From Squalus acanthias (Eukaryota): 64,000 bases of DNA. Shown piece by piece: positions 23,311 to 35,119 of this stretch. The stretch spans positions 66,030,001 to 66,094,000 of the forward strand of contig CM059435.1 of assembly GCA_030390025.1 (NCBI GenBank), given 5' to 3'. Position 1 is the stretch's first letter; each line of letters begins with the position of its first letter. The notes beneath the pieces are model-generated. The model was not told where the DNA came from and did no database searches. It saw nothing but the letters and a program-made list of their open reading frames with translations. Position numbers and translations under genes: made by a program.

Positions 23311-25537
23311 AAATAAACCAGCCTGAGGTCTGAACAAACTCTGCTCAAGTGAGTGAATTAGTATCTTGTATGGAGCAGATTCCATTTCAAATCTCAATGG
23401 TTGGCTGCTGGAACTAATTACAAATCCAGTTAAGGAAAGGATTGAGCATATAACCAATTTCACTGAGTGCAATGATTCTTTATCATTATGGCCATGGAAG
23501 TGTCTGACTGCAACTGATGGGGTGAAATGTGTTGGAATGTAAAGAGCTGTTCATTTGTCTGTTTTGCAAATCTTTTTTAATGGTGACAAATTACAGTAGT
23601 TCAGGAAATAGTTGGCTATCTAAGAATGGAAACTGCATAGGTAAGGGCTTGGCTTAAGGAGTCACATGGCCTCAGTTTTGAATGATGAAATGGCTAAGAT
23701 GAGTAACTTACATGTGATGTATTAGATATCCAGCCCATTTTGGTAGCATGCATGAGCTTTAACACCCAAATCTCTTGTCACGTGGGCCAGTGGTGTGCTG
23801 CACTCGAAGAAGTAGGAGTATAATTTCCTATTTGGGAATTTGCCTAAATTAAGGTGGGAAAAAGTTAATTGCTAAGCTACAGGAGGAAATAATTAGCCAC
23901 TGTCACTTTTGACCAAGTTTTGATTGCCTGAGGGGTTTGGAGAGGAATTTTCTTGTTTCTTGGTTTTTTTTTGGCCTCTCTGGAGATTGTGACTGTAGGG
24001 GGTAGGGAGTGTGTAGACACGATCCTGACATGTAGTTGCTCTATAGCCAGGAGATGGTATTTTTGAGCTGTGGGGATTACCTCCGTTGCCAGCTTGCTTC
24101 GGCTAAGCGGTATAGTGACTATGGAAACAACCATTCGGCATGGTTAACATGGGGTGGTGGGGGGCAGGGGAAGAAAGAACAACTAGCATTTGGAGAGAAC
24201 CTACACCTCCAAGTTCTAATTTGTGAACAATTTGGAGCTGAAGATTATCTGGGAGGAGCTAACCATGGATTTCTCCCTCTTTGTCAGACATTAAGTGGGG
24301 ACAGTGAGTATAGCTAGCATGTCTTGCGCACATTACGCCCTTGAATGGCTGGTTATAATTGTGGAGCAAGTACTGATTTCATGTAAGCTCTTCGGTCCTT
24401 TTTTTTGCTAAGGGATTTGCTGTTGCCCAGAGTTGCTGTGAAAACGTATAAATATCTTTAGCAGAAGGAACAGTTGGCATCCACTCAATATTTCCATGAG
24501 TGAGATAGTTTAACAACTTGATGGAATTCCTTTCACCTTGCCAACATGCAACCCTGATTTTAACTTCACATGGACAGTTCAGTTTAAGCTGGCTCACATT
24601 AGATTGCAACAACTGGGCTTCTGCTTGGCTGTGTTTTGGATGACCTCACTCCAATGCTTGTGAATCTTGTTTTGATTTAGTCTTCCATGTCTTTGCCTTA
24701 TTATTAAGACTGAGTTTATACCCCTTTTTGGAGGGGAGGGGATGCTCTGCTGAGGAGAAACATTTCCATTTTTGGTACCATTGACAGTATATTTCCAGGT
24801 TGAGTACTGCTTGGTAAGATGCAGAGGTAAACTCCTTCTCTGCCCTGAACTTCAGAAGGCTATTTTAAGAGCTTTTGGACAACACTCGAGGTTTTGTGAC
24901 TCCAAGTGACATTGCTGCTAAATTATGGGTGGCTTTCTGTTCTGGGTCTGCACTTTTTAAAAAAAAAAAAGTGTAGGCTTGCATTGTCCCGTTAATTTAC
25001 TTGGGACCCTTGCAGCCAGTAAAGAGGCTTTAGTCCCATAGGTGTTTAACTTGAACTCGGATGGAGGGTGGCTTGCTTAACTGTGTCTCATCCTGTTGCC
25101 CTGGCATTAGGATATTTATGCCAATTAAGTGGCGGTGGGAATTCCAGTTCACTGACTTCAGAAGCTCTAACCCCAGCAGCATCACAATTGAGGTGTCCTG
25201 TGCTCTAAATGTTGGTAGTACAGCCTTCTGAATCCAAAGGACACTTTTTGCAGTGCACATAGGATCAAATGCTTCTACTGCAAGAATGAAATAGCCTTTG
25301 TGCTGGAGTCTCCAGTTTCCTCAAACTGACAAGACAATCCTGCATTTCTATAGTGATGGGCTGCCTTTATCTATAGTGACCCTCTGTTTGAACAGTGCAA
25401 ATATATTTCCCTGTCTGGCAGGGTTTCATGTGCATTACTCTGAATGGTGCAGTTGATGTAAAGAAGGCAGGAGAGTACTGGGGTGGGGGGGGGGGGGGGG
25501 AAAGACAGACAGAGGTGGGGAAGCTTATGGATTCATT

Positions 25538-26246
25538 GGCCTGTATTTTCTGACCCCCACGGATGTGTACGAGCTGTGCACACACCCGTAGGGACCTCGC
25601 AAGTGCCGGTTTCGGGCATGTGAAACGCATGCACTGAAAACCAGCACTTCCGATCTGTCAAGAATTCTCTTGACAGATTATCTGCCTGCCCGGGAGATGG
25701 GCCTCTGCGGGCGGATAGTTCTGTTTTCTGCAGAACCTCCGCCCGCTGAAAACCTTTAAAAAATCTTACACCTGGTAAAAGCAAGCATAAGGCCTGCTTT
25801 TACCAGCAAAAGAGTTTTAAAAAAAATTAAAAACCCACTCACTTATAATTTTAAAATACTTTATATAAAAAAAAAAGGGTAAGTTTATTTTTAGCCCTGT
25901 AAAAAAAAAACTTTAATTTTTTTCAATTACATTTTTGTTTAAAATATTTAATTTAATGTAATTAATTTCAAATGTGATTTTTAAAAAATGTATTTTTTGT
26001 GATCCCCATTCATACTTTTGACAGGTATATGCAGAGAGACCTGTCAAAAGTGTGAAGGGGATTCCCTTCTTTGATTGGTTCCCCATGGCCCACGTGATCC
26101 CAGGGATGCTTGCGAACTGCCTGCGCCCCTGGGATACCTGGGCCTCTGCGCGCGCGGACCAGGAGCGGAAGTGTCGGGACCTATGGAGCCAGCAGGTAAG
26201 TGCGTAGATTTTTCCAGAGGAAGCCGCCGTTCGGAAAATCCAACCC
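25538..26246. mobile_element. Non-autonomous DNA transposon/MITE, PIF-Harbinger-like
   Basis: Imperfect 15-bp TIRs GGCCTGTATTTTCTG / CGGAAAATCCAACCC, flanked by ATT on both sides; CpG-rich arms, AT-rich core, internal palindromes. Confidence 0.7.
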
Positions 26247-26944
26247 ATTATCTTTTCACCAGAGGTAACAAAGTTGTACTGCCATGAACCTTTTTTGTGC
26301 CTGTGTCTTACTGCAAGTTTGTGTTTCGGTTCTGACCATATATTGGTTGGTGCCTGACTACATGTGCACAGAGCAATTGCTGAATGTTGTCTGAAGTAGC
26401 AAGCTTAAGACTATCTATATGGAATCCAGCATCATTTCTCCCTTTCCCACCCCACTGCTGTCCTTTTTTTCCTGTTTGCCTGAATCTGCTGTGACTGTTC
26501 AAGACACTTTGATGGTATCTATTGCTTGGGCAAGAGATTTTTTTTTTGTTCAAGCCATGATGCAGACAGCTCCAGGAATCTTGAAATTTCACAAGTCTTT
26601 ACTGACTCATCTCCCATTAAATACTTCTGCATTTTGTGAGATGAAATTGCATCAGAAGCACCAGAATGTCCCCCCCACCCCCAGGATATTAATGGCACTG
26701 GAGTCTGAAACACTGTTCAGTGATTTTTCAAATCTGGCTTTTTTTTTAAACCTGGCTCAGCATTAAATCTGCTGGCTGGTTGTCCTACAGTCAGCATGGA
26801 CTTGTTTCCAGCACTGTTGACGAATGACTTGTCCTGTTGAAAATGCTGACTTCTGGCAGTTATGCTTAAGTGGCTGGATTTGAAACCAATTTATTGCTCT
26901 ATCTGTTTGTCAAGTGACTATTCCTTATCCATCAATTCCACCAG

Positions 26945-27079
26945 GTGACTGCTCTGCCTAACGACCAGACTGCCTCAAGCACAGCAATAACTCCAGCATC
27001 CCAAGGACGGGTACTCCAGACTCCAGTAAGCAATTCTCCAATTAGCATGAAGACCACACCCTTTCAGGCTATGCAGACT
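26945..27079 (+). CDS. CAPRIN2: Caprin-2 exon 14 (VTALPNDQTASST...TTPFQAMQT)
   Basis: ccaccag|GTG...ACT|gtgagt, 135 nt, phase 0/0; PFQAMQT motif. Confidence 0.9.
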
Positions 27080-28149
27080 GTGAGTGGCTGAGAACTGGTT
27101 TTAACTTGGACAAACTGCTGTCCTTTTCTCTCTCCTTGCATAGACATTTAGCAAATATTGCCCAATACCGTTTTTGCTAGGGGGAAATGGTGGTTGCCCT
27201 CTGTTGCATCTTTCTAGGGGTACCTATTGTATAAATTGAATTTGCTGGAGGGAGTTTTAAAGTGTGACAGCAGTTTAGGGTGACTACACATGTCAAACTA
27301 GGAGATGCTCTGACTCCCAATAGGTGTTCTGTCTGGTTGAGTTGGCACTGCCTGCTTCTAGCTTGCCAGTGTAGGAACGCACATCTGTACCACAACACTT
27401 GCCCCTTCCAGTAGACCAAGTGCTATTTGTTTCTGTTCATTTTGCACCTTGTTTCTCTTCTAGAGGGAGTTTTTAAAAAAGTTGCTTTCTAGAACAGCTT
27501 GCTGACCTGATGGCCTTTGACCTCAATTTGTAGAGTACCCCTTGTGTAATTGAACATTTGAGTCCTCCATAGAGGGAGGAGTGAATACTGCATGAGATGG
27601 AGGAAAGCTGGCTTTAAGAAGCTTTTTGGAGAGGTAGAGATAATGAGGCAAAGTAGTTTTTGAGTGTGGTTAATAAAGCAGGGGTCAGTATCTGCTCTGT
27701 CAAGTGGCACTTCTATGGCCTCAGCAGTAGAGGGAGCATTGTTCAATATTTTTCTTTTAATCTTAAAGTAGAACTTTTTTTATTCCCCCTGAAGTTTTTG
27801 CAGGGGGCATTTACTGACTTCATCTTTCCCTCCCCCACAACAAAAGAACATCATGTTTATTCTCCAGATTGCTATTTCTGTCCTGATCTGAAGTTGAGTT
27901 TAGTCAGTTTGCAACCTGTATTTATGACTTGACTTTCAACTTTTTCCAGACCTGAATGAATTTCTGTCTTAAGTTTGAAAAAAAATCACTTGGTGTCCTT
28001 TTAACTTCTGCCACCATTCTTTATTTTTCTTTGAACTCTCCAGGTCATCAATGTAATTTCTCTAATTAGCTGTCTAGCATGCAATATTTAAGTGTAGTCT
28101 TTGAGCTGTACAAGATTAAAACATTTGAAAAGCCCTTTGAGCTGCCTCC

Positions 28150-29050
28150 CAGTAATTGGCTGTATCTGCATCCCCCTTTCTGTAGGTTAAGAAAATGGTC
28201 CAACTTGGCCCAGTTTATTTTTCTCACCATTTAATGATAGACCATCTGTTGTACACAAGATTTGCACCTGTACTTGAGATACCAATGTACAGATCCTTCT
28301 TGATTACTTGATCTCTCATCGTTTTAAAACTTGCTGCCATTGACATCGATAGAAAGTGTAAACCAGGGACCTAGAAGAGACTCCTGTGGCAACTTGGCAA
28401 TTCACTGCCACATACTGGAGCCTTGTCCATTGCCAGTGACTTGAACCTATCAGTGTCAATAATAAATCTTGAATATTTGAAAGTGCTAAACTAACTGGCC
28501 AAGTTCTGAATGTTAAAATGTGGTTTAGGCAATTTGCAACCTCTACCTCCAGTATCAAACTGATGCCAAAGGAGTGTGTTGAAGGGTCTGGAAAGATTGA
28601 ATGGAAAGGCATAGAAGTTGGGGGAATGTGTACCTTGCCCATGGCTTAATGGCATTGTCAAATTACACACAAACTTCCAGGGGTGCAGAATATGGGATGG
28701 GGAGAGGTGGGTATGTTGCCATCCTAGGGCCTTTCACTTGAATCACTGATCAGTGTGGTTTTGTAGAAACTCCTGTAGTCCTTCCTATAGGCATAGGATT
28801 CTGCTATGGGAATGGCCATGTGACCCACAATACCCAGTGTTTTCTAATGTTTTAGGTGCAGATTCCTCTTGTGGGTGGGGTAGCCTTTCTGAAGTTCTTT
28901 GGTTTCCAAGATTGGTCTTCTATCACAGCTTGAAGCTCCCTGGTCTGGCAGTAGTGAGAACCCAATATTGTATCTAGGTTTTATTATCTGAAGAAATGAT
29001 GGGTGACTTCTTTGGCAAGTACATTCTTGCACTCAAACTGGATCTAAACT
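28150..29050 (-). mobile_element. Possible highly decayed L1/Tx1 ORF2 remnant
   Basis: Weak motifs only (G..SPNFY; NHILTFRTW). Confidence 0.3.
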
Positions 29051-29249
29051 TTTTCCACCATATTGAATTCGAGAGGCAAATGGAAGTACTGATGGAAGAC
29101 ATTCATTGGCGCTCTTACCAAAATGTGACTGGGACACTAAGAGTAAAAACCAATCCATGTCATGGAGACTAGAGAAAGTGAAAAGTGCAAAATACAATGA
29201 TTACATAAAGTGAAATGAATGGAAAATATAACTTGTCATTGCTTTGCAG

Positions 29250-29433
29250 GTGTTCAATGTGAATGCACCTCTGCCTCCACGAAGTGAGCAGGAAGTGAAA
29301 TCTGATGCTCCATATTCCCCTGTCTATAATCAAAGTTTGATTACAGCTAGTACTCAAACTCCACCTCAGCCCATGTCTCTCCAGTCTTCGCATATTGTGG
29401 AGCAAAATGCACTGACACAAGATTCTTTAACAG
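29250..29433 (+). CDS. CAPRIN2: Caprin-2 exon 15 (VFNVNAPLPPRSEQEVKSDAPYSPVYNQSLITASTQTPPQ...)
   Basis: tttgcag|GTG...G|gtatta, 184 nt, phase 0/1; ORF 29244..29492. Confidence 0.95.
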
Positions 29434-29781
29434 GTATTAAAATTGCAGATATGTTGGGCATATTGAAGTATTGCTATCTGAAGTGTACTTAAACATCTTG
29501 TATGAAAGACCCTTTGGGGTCTAACTTGAGTAGTAACTGATGTTCCATGGATTAATGGCTAGAAATTAGTGCATTTTCATTTGATTAAGAACCGGTATGG
29601 AGGTATGCTGTTTTTATTTAAATACTCCAGTTACATTTCTTTCCCCCCCCCCTATTGAAGCTATAGATCAAGATTGTGCATATTCAGAGATGCCTGGTGA
29701 TACTGTTTGTAATTTTGAGCTATAAAGATTTTGTAGTTGAATGCTGTTTAAATTTACCTTGGCTTTGTTGTTTCTGAACAG

Positions 29782-29958
29782 AAGAAACTACATCGGTTGC
29801 CAATGGGACCCCAGTTTTTCTACCCCACAATCAGCAAAATAATACTTTGCCAAGACCAAACCAAGCCTATTTTGGGAGCCGAGGTGCTATACGAGGATCT
29901 GCACGAGGTGGCAGAGGAATTGCTAATGCGTACCGCAGTTCTAGCAATGGATACAAAG
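29782..29958 (+). CDS. CAPRIN2: Caprin-2 exon 16, RGG-rich (...SRGAIRGSARGGRGIANAYRSSSNGYK)
   Basis: gaacag|AA...G|gtgtac, 177 nt, phase 1/1; in-frame alternatives at acceptor 29785 and donor 29970. Confidence 0.9.
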
Positions 29959-30046
29959 GTGTACAAATAGGTACAGTATAGAATCGCTTCAGTTACACGT
30001 TTTAGCACAGAATGGTTACTTTATAGACTCATGAAAACTGGAATAG

Positions 30047-30340
30047 GTGTCAGCCGTGGCTCAGTTGGTAGCATTCGTCTGAGTCAGATTGTGGGTTCAA
30101 GCCCCACTAAAGAGACTTGATCACATAATTCAGGCTGACAGTCCAGGGAAGTGCTGCACTGTCTGAGATGTCATCTTTTGGATGAGATGTTAAACCGAGG
30201 CCCTGTCTGCTCTAGGGTAGATGTAAAAGATCCTATGTTACTTGAAGAGCAGTAGGTGAATTCTCCTGGTGTCCTGCCCCATATTTATCCATCAAAAATC
30301 ACACCGATTATCTGGTCATTTATCTAATTGCTGTTTGTGT
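30047..30340 (+). mobile_element. Deu/SacSINE1-like SINE, 5' half
   Basis: A box TGGCTCAGTTGG, B box GGTTCAAGCCC; reverse complement of the 10283-10703 family. Confidence 0.85.
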
Positions 30341-30772
30341 CTCATTCTCAAATGCCTGTCTTGTAGTTCTTGGTGGGGATTGCAATGTTTGCTTCGGAGA
30401 ATGCGGGTTGTGGTCAACCCTGAACATTTTATATTGCATTTGGCTTGTAACACACCTAATGCTTGCTTCAGCACAAAAGTCTGCAGTAATAAGTGAATAT
30501 GGTACAAAGATGAATTCTGATGAGTGAGATGCACTGGTTCAGTTGGGTGCAATTCAGGGTAGGAGATGTTTACTCCCATTGGCTAAACTATGTTAAAGTA
30601 ACTGGGACTGTTGCTACCTACAGCACTTGAGCACTGTCTCTTGTTGGGTGGTAGTGGCATGACAACATCCAGGCAGATACCCAAAGGCTGGACATGACTG
30701 GTGTGTGGGAAAGGGTGGAGAAGGAAATGAGGTAGGCGTTACACACTGCATACATTGAGCAATCTAGTGTTG

Positions 30773-31145
30773 CCTCTATTAGGTCACCCCTTGGCCTTCT
30801 CTTTTCTAGAGGTCTTGAATTATGAAGGTTTGATAGGACACACTTAGATGTTTCCACTTGTGGGGAAACCAAAATTACAGGCCATAAGTATAAGATAATC
30901 AATAAAGCCAATAGGCAATTCAGGAGAAACTTTTTTTACCCAAAGTGGTAATGTGGAACACAACTACAAGGAGTAGCTGGGACGAATAGCGCAGATGCAT
31001 TTAAGGGGAAGCTAGATAGGCACATGCGAGAGAAAGGAATAGAAGGATATACAGAGGGGTGGGAAGAGGCTCGTGTAGAGCATAAATGCTGGCATAGACC
31101 AGTTGGGCCGAATGGCCTGTTTGTGCTGTAGATTCGATTGTAATA
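30773..31145 (+). mobile_element. CR1 3' fragment with short 5' inversion
   Basis: 30773-30810 encodes LEKRRPRGDLIE on minus; 30808 onward continues the CR1 end on plus to gggccgaatggcctgt. Confidence 0.8.
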
Positions 31146-31784
31146 TGTAACTCCTAATGTACATGTGCCACTTCAAAGGGCACAGTATTATTGTGGTGTA
31201 CTGAAGAGTCCAATTGTTTGCACCTTTTTTATCCCTTAGCTCTTCAGTTCTTGGAGATAAATATGGAATGGGCTACTTGCTGACTTACTCAAATGGTGTA
31301 CAAAAGGAAGCCTGAATTGGGTCTCGCACAGATTTTTCAGGCCTGCACTTGGGAGTAGAAACTGATTGTGAAACTTGGTTCAAACTGGCATCCTACCACT
31401 CCAACAGAATTTGAGCATCTATGTACTATTACACCTATGCTTTAAGCAGCTGGGGGAAATGAGATGTGATCCCAAGTTGGGTTCTCAATTTGTGTGCTGA
31501 AGTGACAACCCTACATATCTGAAGGCTCAAGCAAGAGGGATACAAATTTTGGAGTAATGTGTTCCCAGATGGAAAGAACATGAGCAATGGTTGCCATGGA
31601 AGTGTGTGGTTGAACTACATGATGCAACAGGTCTCCATCCCAAACTGAGATGTGAAGTACAAAACTGCACACTAATGAGGGTGCTGGATGTGCAAGAATC
31701 TAGCTTCAAATATTGGCATTAACATGAATTCTTGAAATTAATTAGCCTACATTTTGTACCATGGGATTGAGACCTATTGGAGTG

Positions 31785-32070
31785 ATGGGTGAACAGGACT
31801 TGGTGCGAGTTAGGACACAGGCAGCTGAGTTTTGGATGAACTCAAGTTTATGTAGGGTAGAATGTGGGAGGCCAGCCAGGATTGTGTTGAATAGTCAAGT
31901 CTAGAGGTAACAAAGGCATGGATGAGGGTTTCAGCAGTGGATGAGCTTGAGGCATGGGCGGAGACAGGTGATGTTAGAGGTGAAAATAGGCAGTCTTAGT
32001 TGTGCTGCAGCTATGTGGTCGGAAGCTCAATTCGGTCAAATATAACACCAAGGTTGCAAACAGTGATTCA
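31785..32070 (-). mobile_element. L2 LINE fragment
   Basis: Closely similar to 2690-2940 (aatagtcaagt.tagaggtaac.aaggcatggatgaggg). Confidence 0.85.
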
Positions 32071-32589
32071 ATTCTGGATGACTTCAGCAGCCATTTTAAT
32101 GGGGCTGACACTGCTGCCTCCCTGAAGGTCAGGACTGAAATTAACCTGATGGGTGCTGGTCTGTTTTTAATAAGATTGTATACTCCCTAACTTGGTGCTG
32201 GCTGTACTTAATGTATTACTAGAACACTGCTATCGTAATACATTGCAATAGGACAAAGTGGCAACCGCATGACATTTTGTGCTTTCACAAGGTTTCTATT
32301 ATAATGTAGCAATTTATGAAGTCTCTTGATGCACCGTTTTTTTTTGAGACTTGTCTGTCTTAAATTTCTCAACTTCTCTGGCTACCGAGCTGGGATTGCA
32401 GTGCATGTTTGTTGTAGAGTTCACTAGAATCAGTGCTGTTAGGTGATGTAGATCAAGCTGCTTTTTTCCAAATTGACATCCGATCTACAACCACAAGTAA
32501 GATGGATCCGACTTGCCTGGTGCAACACTCAATTACAACTTTTGGTTGGAAGACTGCAATTCTAAATTTCATTCACATTTTGTTTTTGC

Positions 32590-34815
32590 TGAAGTTTACA
32601 AAGCTAGGTGGGGAAAGTAAGCTGAGAGGAGGACAGAGTCTGCAATAGGATAGAGACAGATTCAGTGAGTGGGCAAGAAGGTGGCAGATGGAGTATAATG
32701 TGGGGAAGTGTGAGGTTATTCACTTTGGCAGGAAGAATAGAAAAGCAGACTTTTTTAAATGGTGAGAAACTGTTAAATGTTGGTGTGCAGAGAGATTTGG
32801 GTGTCGCAAAACAGTTTAACATGCAGGTACAGCAAGCAATTAGGAAGGCAAATAGTGTGTTGGCCAGGGGTTGAGTACAAGAGTAGGGAAATCTTGCTGC
32901 AATTATATAGGGCTTTGGTGAGACCACACCTGGAGTACTGTGTACAGTTTTGGTCACCGTACCTAAGGAAGGATGTACTTGTCTTAGAGGTGGTGCAACA
33001 AAGGTTCATTCCTGAGGAGAGATTGAGTAGTATCATGCTTGTAGAGTTTAGATGAGGTGATCTCATTGGAAACACAAGATTCTTAGAGGGCTTGACAGGG
33101 TAGAGGCTGTTTCACTTGGCTGTAGTCTATAACTAGGGAGCATAGAATCATAGAAGATAGGAGCAGGAGTAGGCCATTCGGCCCCTCTAGCCTGCTCTGC
33201 CATTCAATGCGATCATGGCTGATCATCCAAATTCAGTATCCTGTCCCTGCTTTCTCCCCATATCCCTTGATCCCTTTAGCCTTAAGAAATATATCCAACT
33301 CCTTCTTGAATATATTTAATGAATTGGCCTCTACTGCCTTCTGTGGCAGAGAATTCCACAGGTTCACCACTCTCTGGGTGAAGAAATTCCTCCTCATTTC
33401 TGTCCTAAATGGCTTACCCCTTATCCTTAGACTGTGACCCCTGGTTCTGGACTCCCTGACCATCGGGAACATCCTTCCTGCATCTAGTTTGTCCTGTCCT
33501 GTCAGAATTTTATAAGTTTCAATGAGATCCCCTCTCATTCTTCTAAACTCCAGCGAGTATAAGCCCAATCGACCCAATCTCTCTCCATATGTCATTCCTG
33601 CCATCCCAGGTATCAGCCTTGTGAATCTTCGCTGAACTCCTTCCATGGCAAGAACATCCTTCCTCAGATAAGGCGACCAAAACTGCACACAGTACTCAAG
33701 GTGTGGTCTCACCAAGGCCCTGTACAACTGCAGCAAGACATCCTTGTTCTTGTACTCAAACCCTCGCTATGAAGGCCAACATACCATTTGCTTTCTTAAC
33801 CGCCTGCTGCACCTGCATGCTTACCTTCAGCGACTGGTGCACAAGGACACCCAGGTCTCGTTGCACTTCCCCCCCTTCTCCCAATCTATTGCCATTCAGA
33901 TAATCTGCCTTTCTGTTTTTGACACCAAAGTGGATAACCTCGCATTTATCCACATTATATTGCATCTGCCACGCTTCTGCCCAATCACCCAACCTGTCCA
34001 AATCATCCTGGAGTTTCTCGGCATCCTCCTCGCAGCACACGCCCACCCAGTTTTGTGTCATCGGCAAACTTGGAGATATTACATCTAGTTCCCTTGTCTG
34101 GATCATTAATATATATTGTGAATAGCTGGGGTCCAAGGACCGATCCCTGCGGTACCCCACTAGTCACTGCCTGCCACTTGGAAAAAGACCCGTTTATTCC
34201 AACTCTTTGTGCTTTCTGTCTGCCAACCAGTTCTCTATCCAAGTCAATACCTTGCCCCCAATCCCATGTGCCTTAACTTTACATGCTAATCTCTTATGCG
34301 GGGCCTTATCAAAAGCCTTTTGGAAGTCCAAATACACCACATCCACTGGTTCTCCCTTATCTATTTTACCAGTTACATCCTCAAAAAATTCCAGTAGATT
34401 AGTCAAGCATGATTTACCTTTTGTAAATCCATGTTGACTTTGTAAATCCATGTTGACTTTGTCCGATCCTGTCACTGTTTTCCAATTGCATCTTTTATAA
34501 TGGACTCTAGCATTTTCCCCACTACCGATGTCCGCATAGTCTGAGTATAAGGAGTTGGCCACTTAGGACTGATGAGAAATCTCTTGACTCAAAGGGTTGT
34601 GAATCTTTGGAATTTTCTACACCAGAGGGCTGAAGATGCTGAATTGTTGAGTATATTCAAGACTGAGATTGATTTAGATTTTTGGACTCTAGGGGAATCA
34701 AGGGATATGGAGATCTGGTGGGAAAGTGGAGTTGATTGAAGATCAGCCATGATCTTACTGAATGGCAGCAGGCTCAAGGGGGCTGTGTGGCCTTCTCCTG
34801 CTCCTATTTCTTGTT
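32590..34815 (+). mobile_element. CR1 LINE (outer, older) split by a younger CR1
   Basis: ORF 32777..33055 [31 protein letters not shown]; resumes at 34540 and ends in ccttctcctgctcctatttct. Confidence 0.88.
33146..34533 (-). mobile_element. Young CR1 LINE (inner), RT domain to 3' tail
   Basis: ORFs with [30 protein letters not shown] and an intact 167-aa C-terminus; GCATAG duplicated at 33140-33145 and 34534-34539. Confidence 0.95.
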
Positions 34816-35119
34816 TCAAGGATACATTTGTAGTGCTTTACACAAACTTGTGAACAGTTGAAGACTAACTAGAGTAACCAGTTTTGACAGGCTAATTGTC
34901 CAGCCCATCTAAACAGCCACATCCTAAAATGTGGCACAGATGGTCAATAAACCTGGTTATACCCCATTTCTAATTAACCCTTCTAATAAACCAGAAACAA
35001 CCCAGACCTAACAGGCCATATTTAGTGATGAGTAATTAACCTGAATTAGTCAAATTTAACAGTAAGGCAACACCTTGCTAACAGTGACCAGATGAGAATT
35101 TGACATTGGGTTTGAGGGG

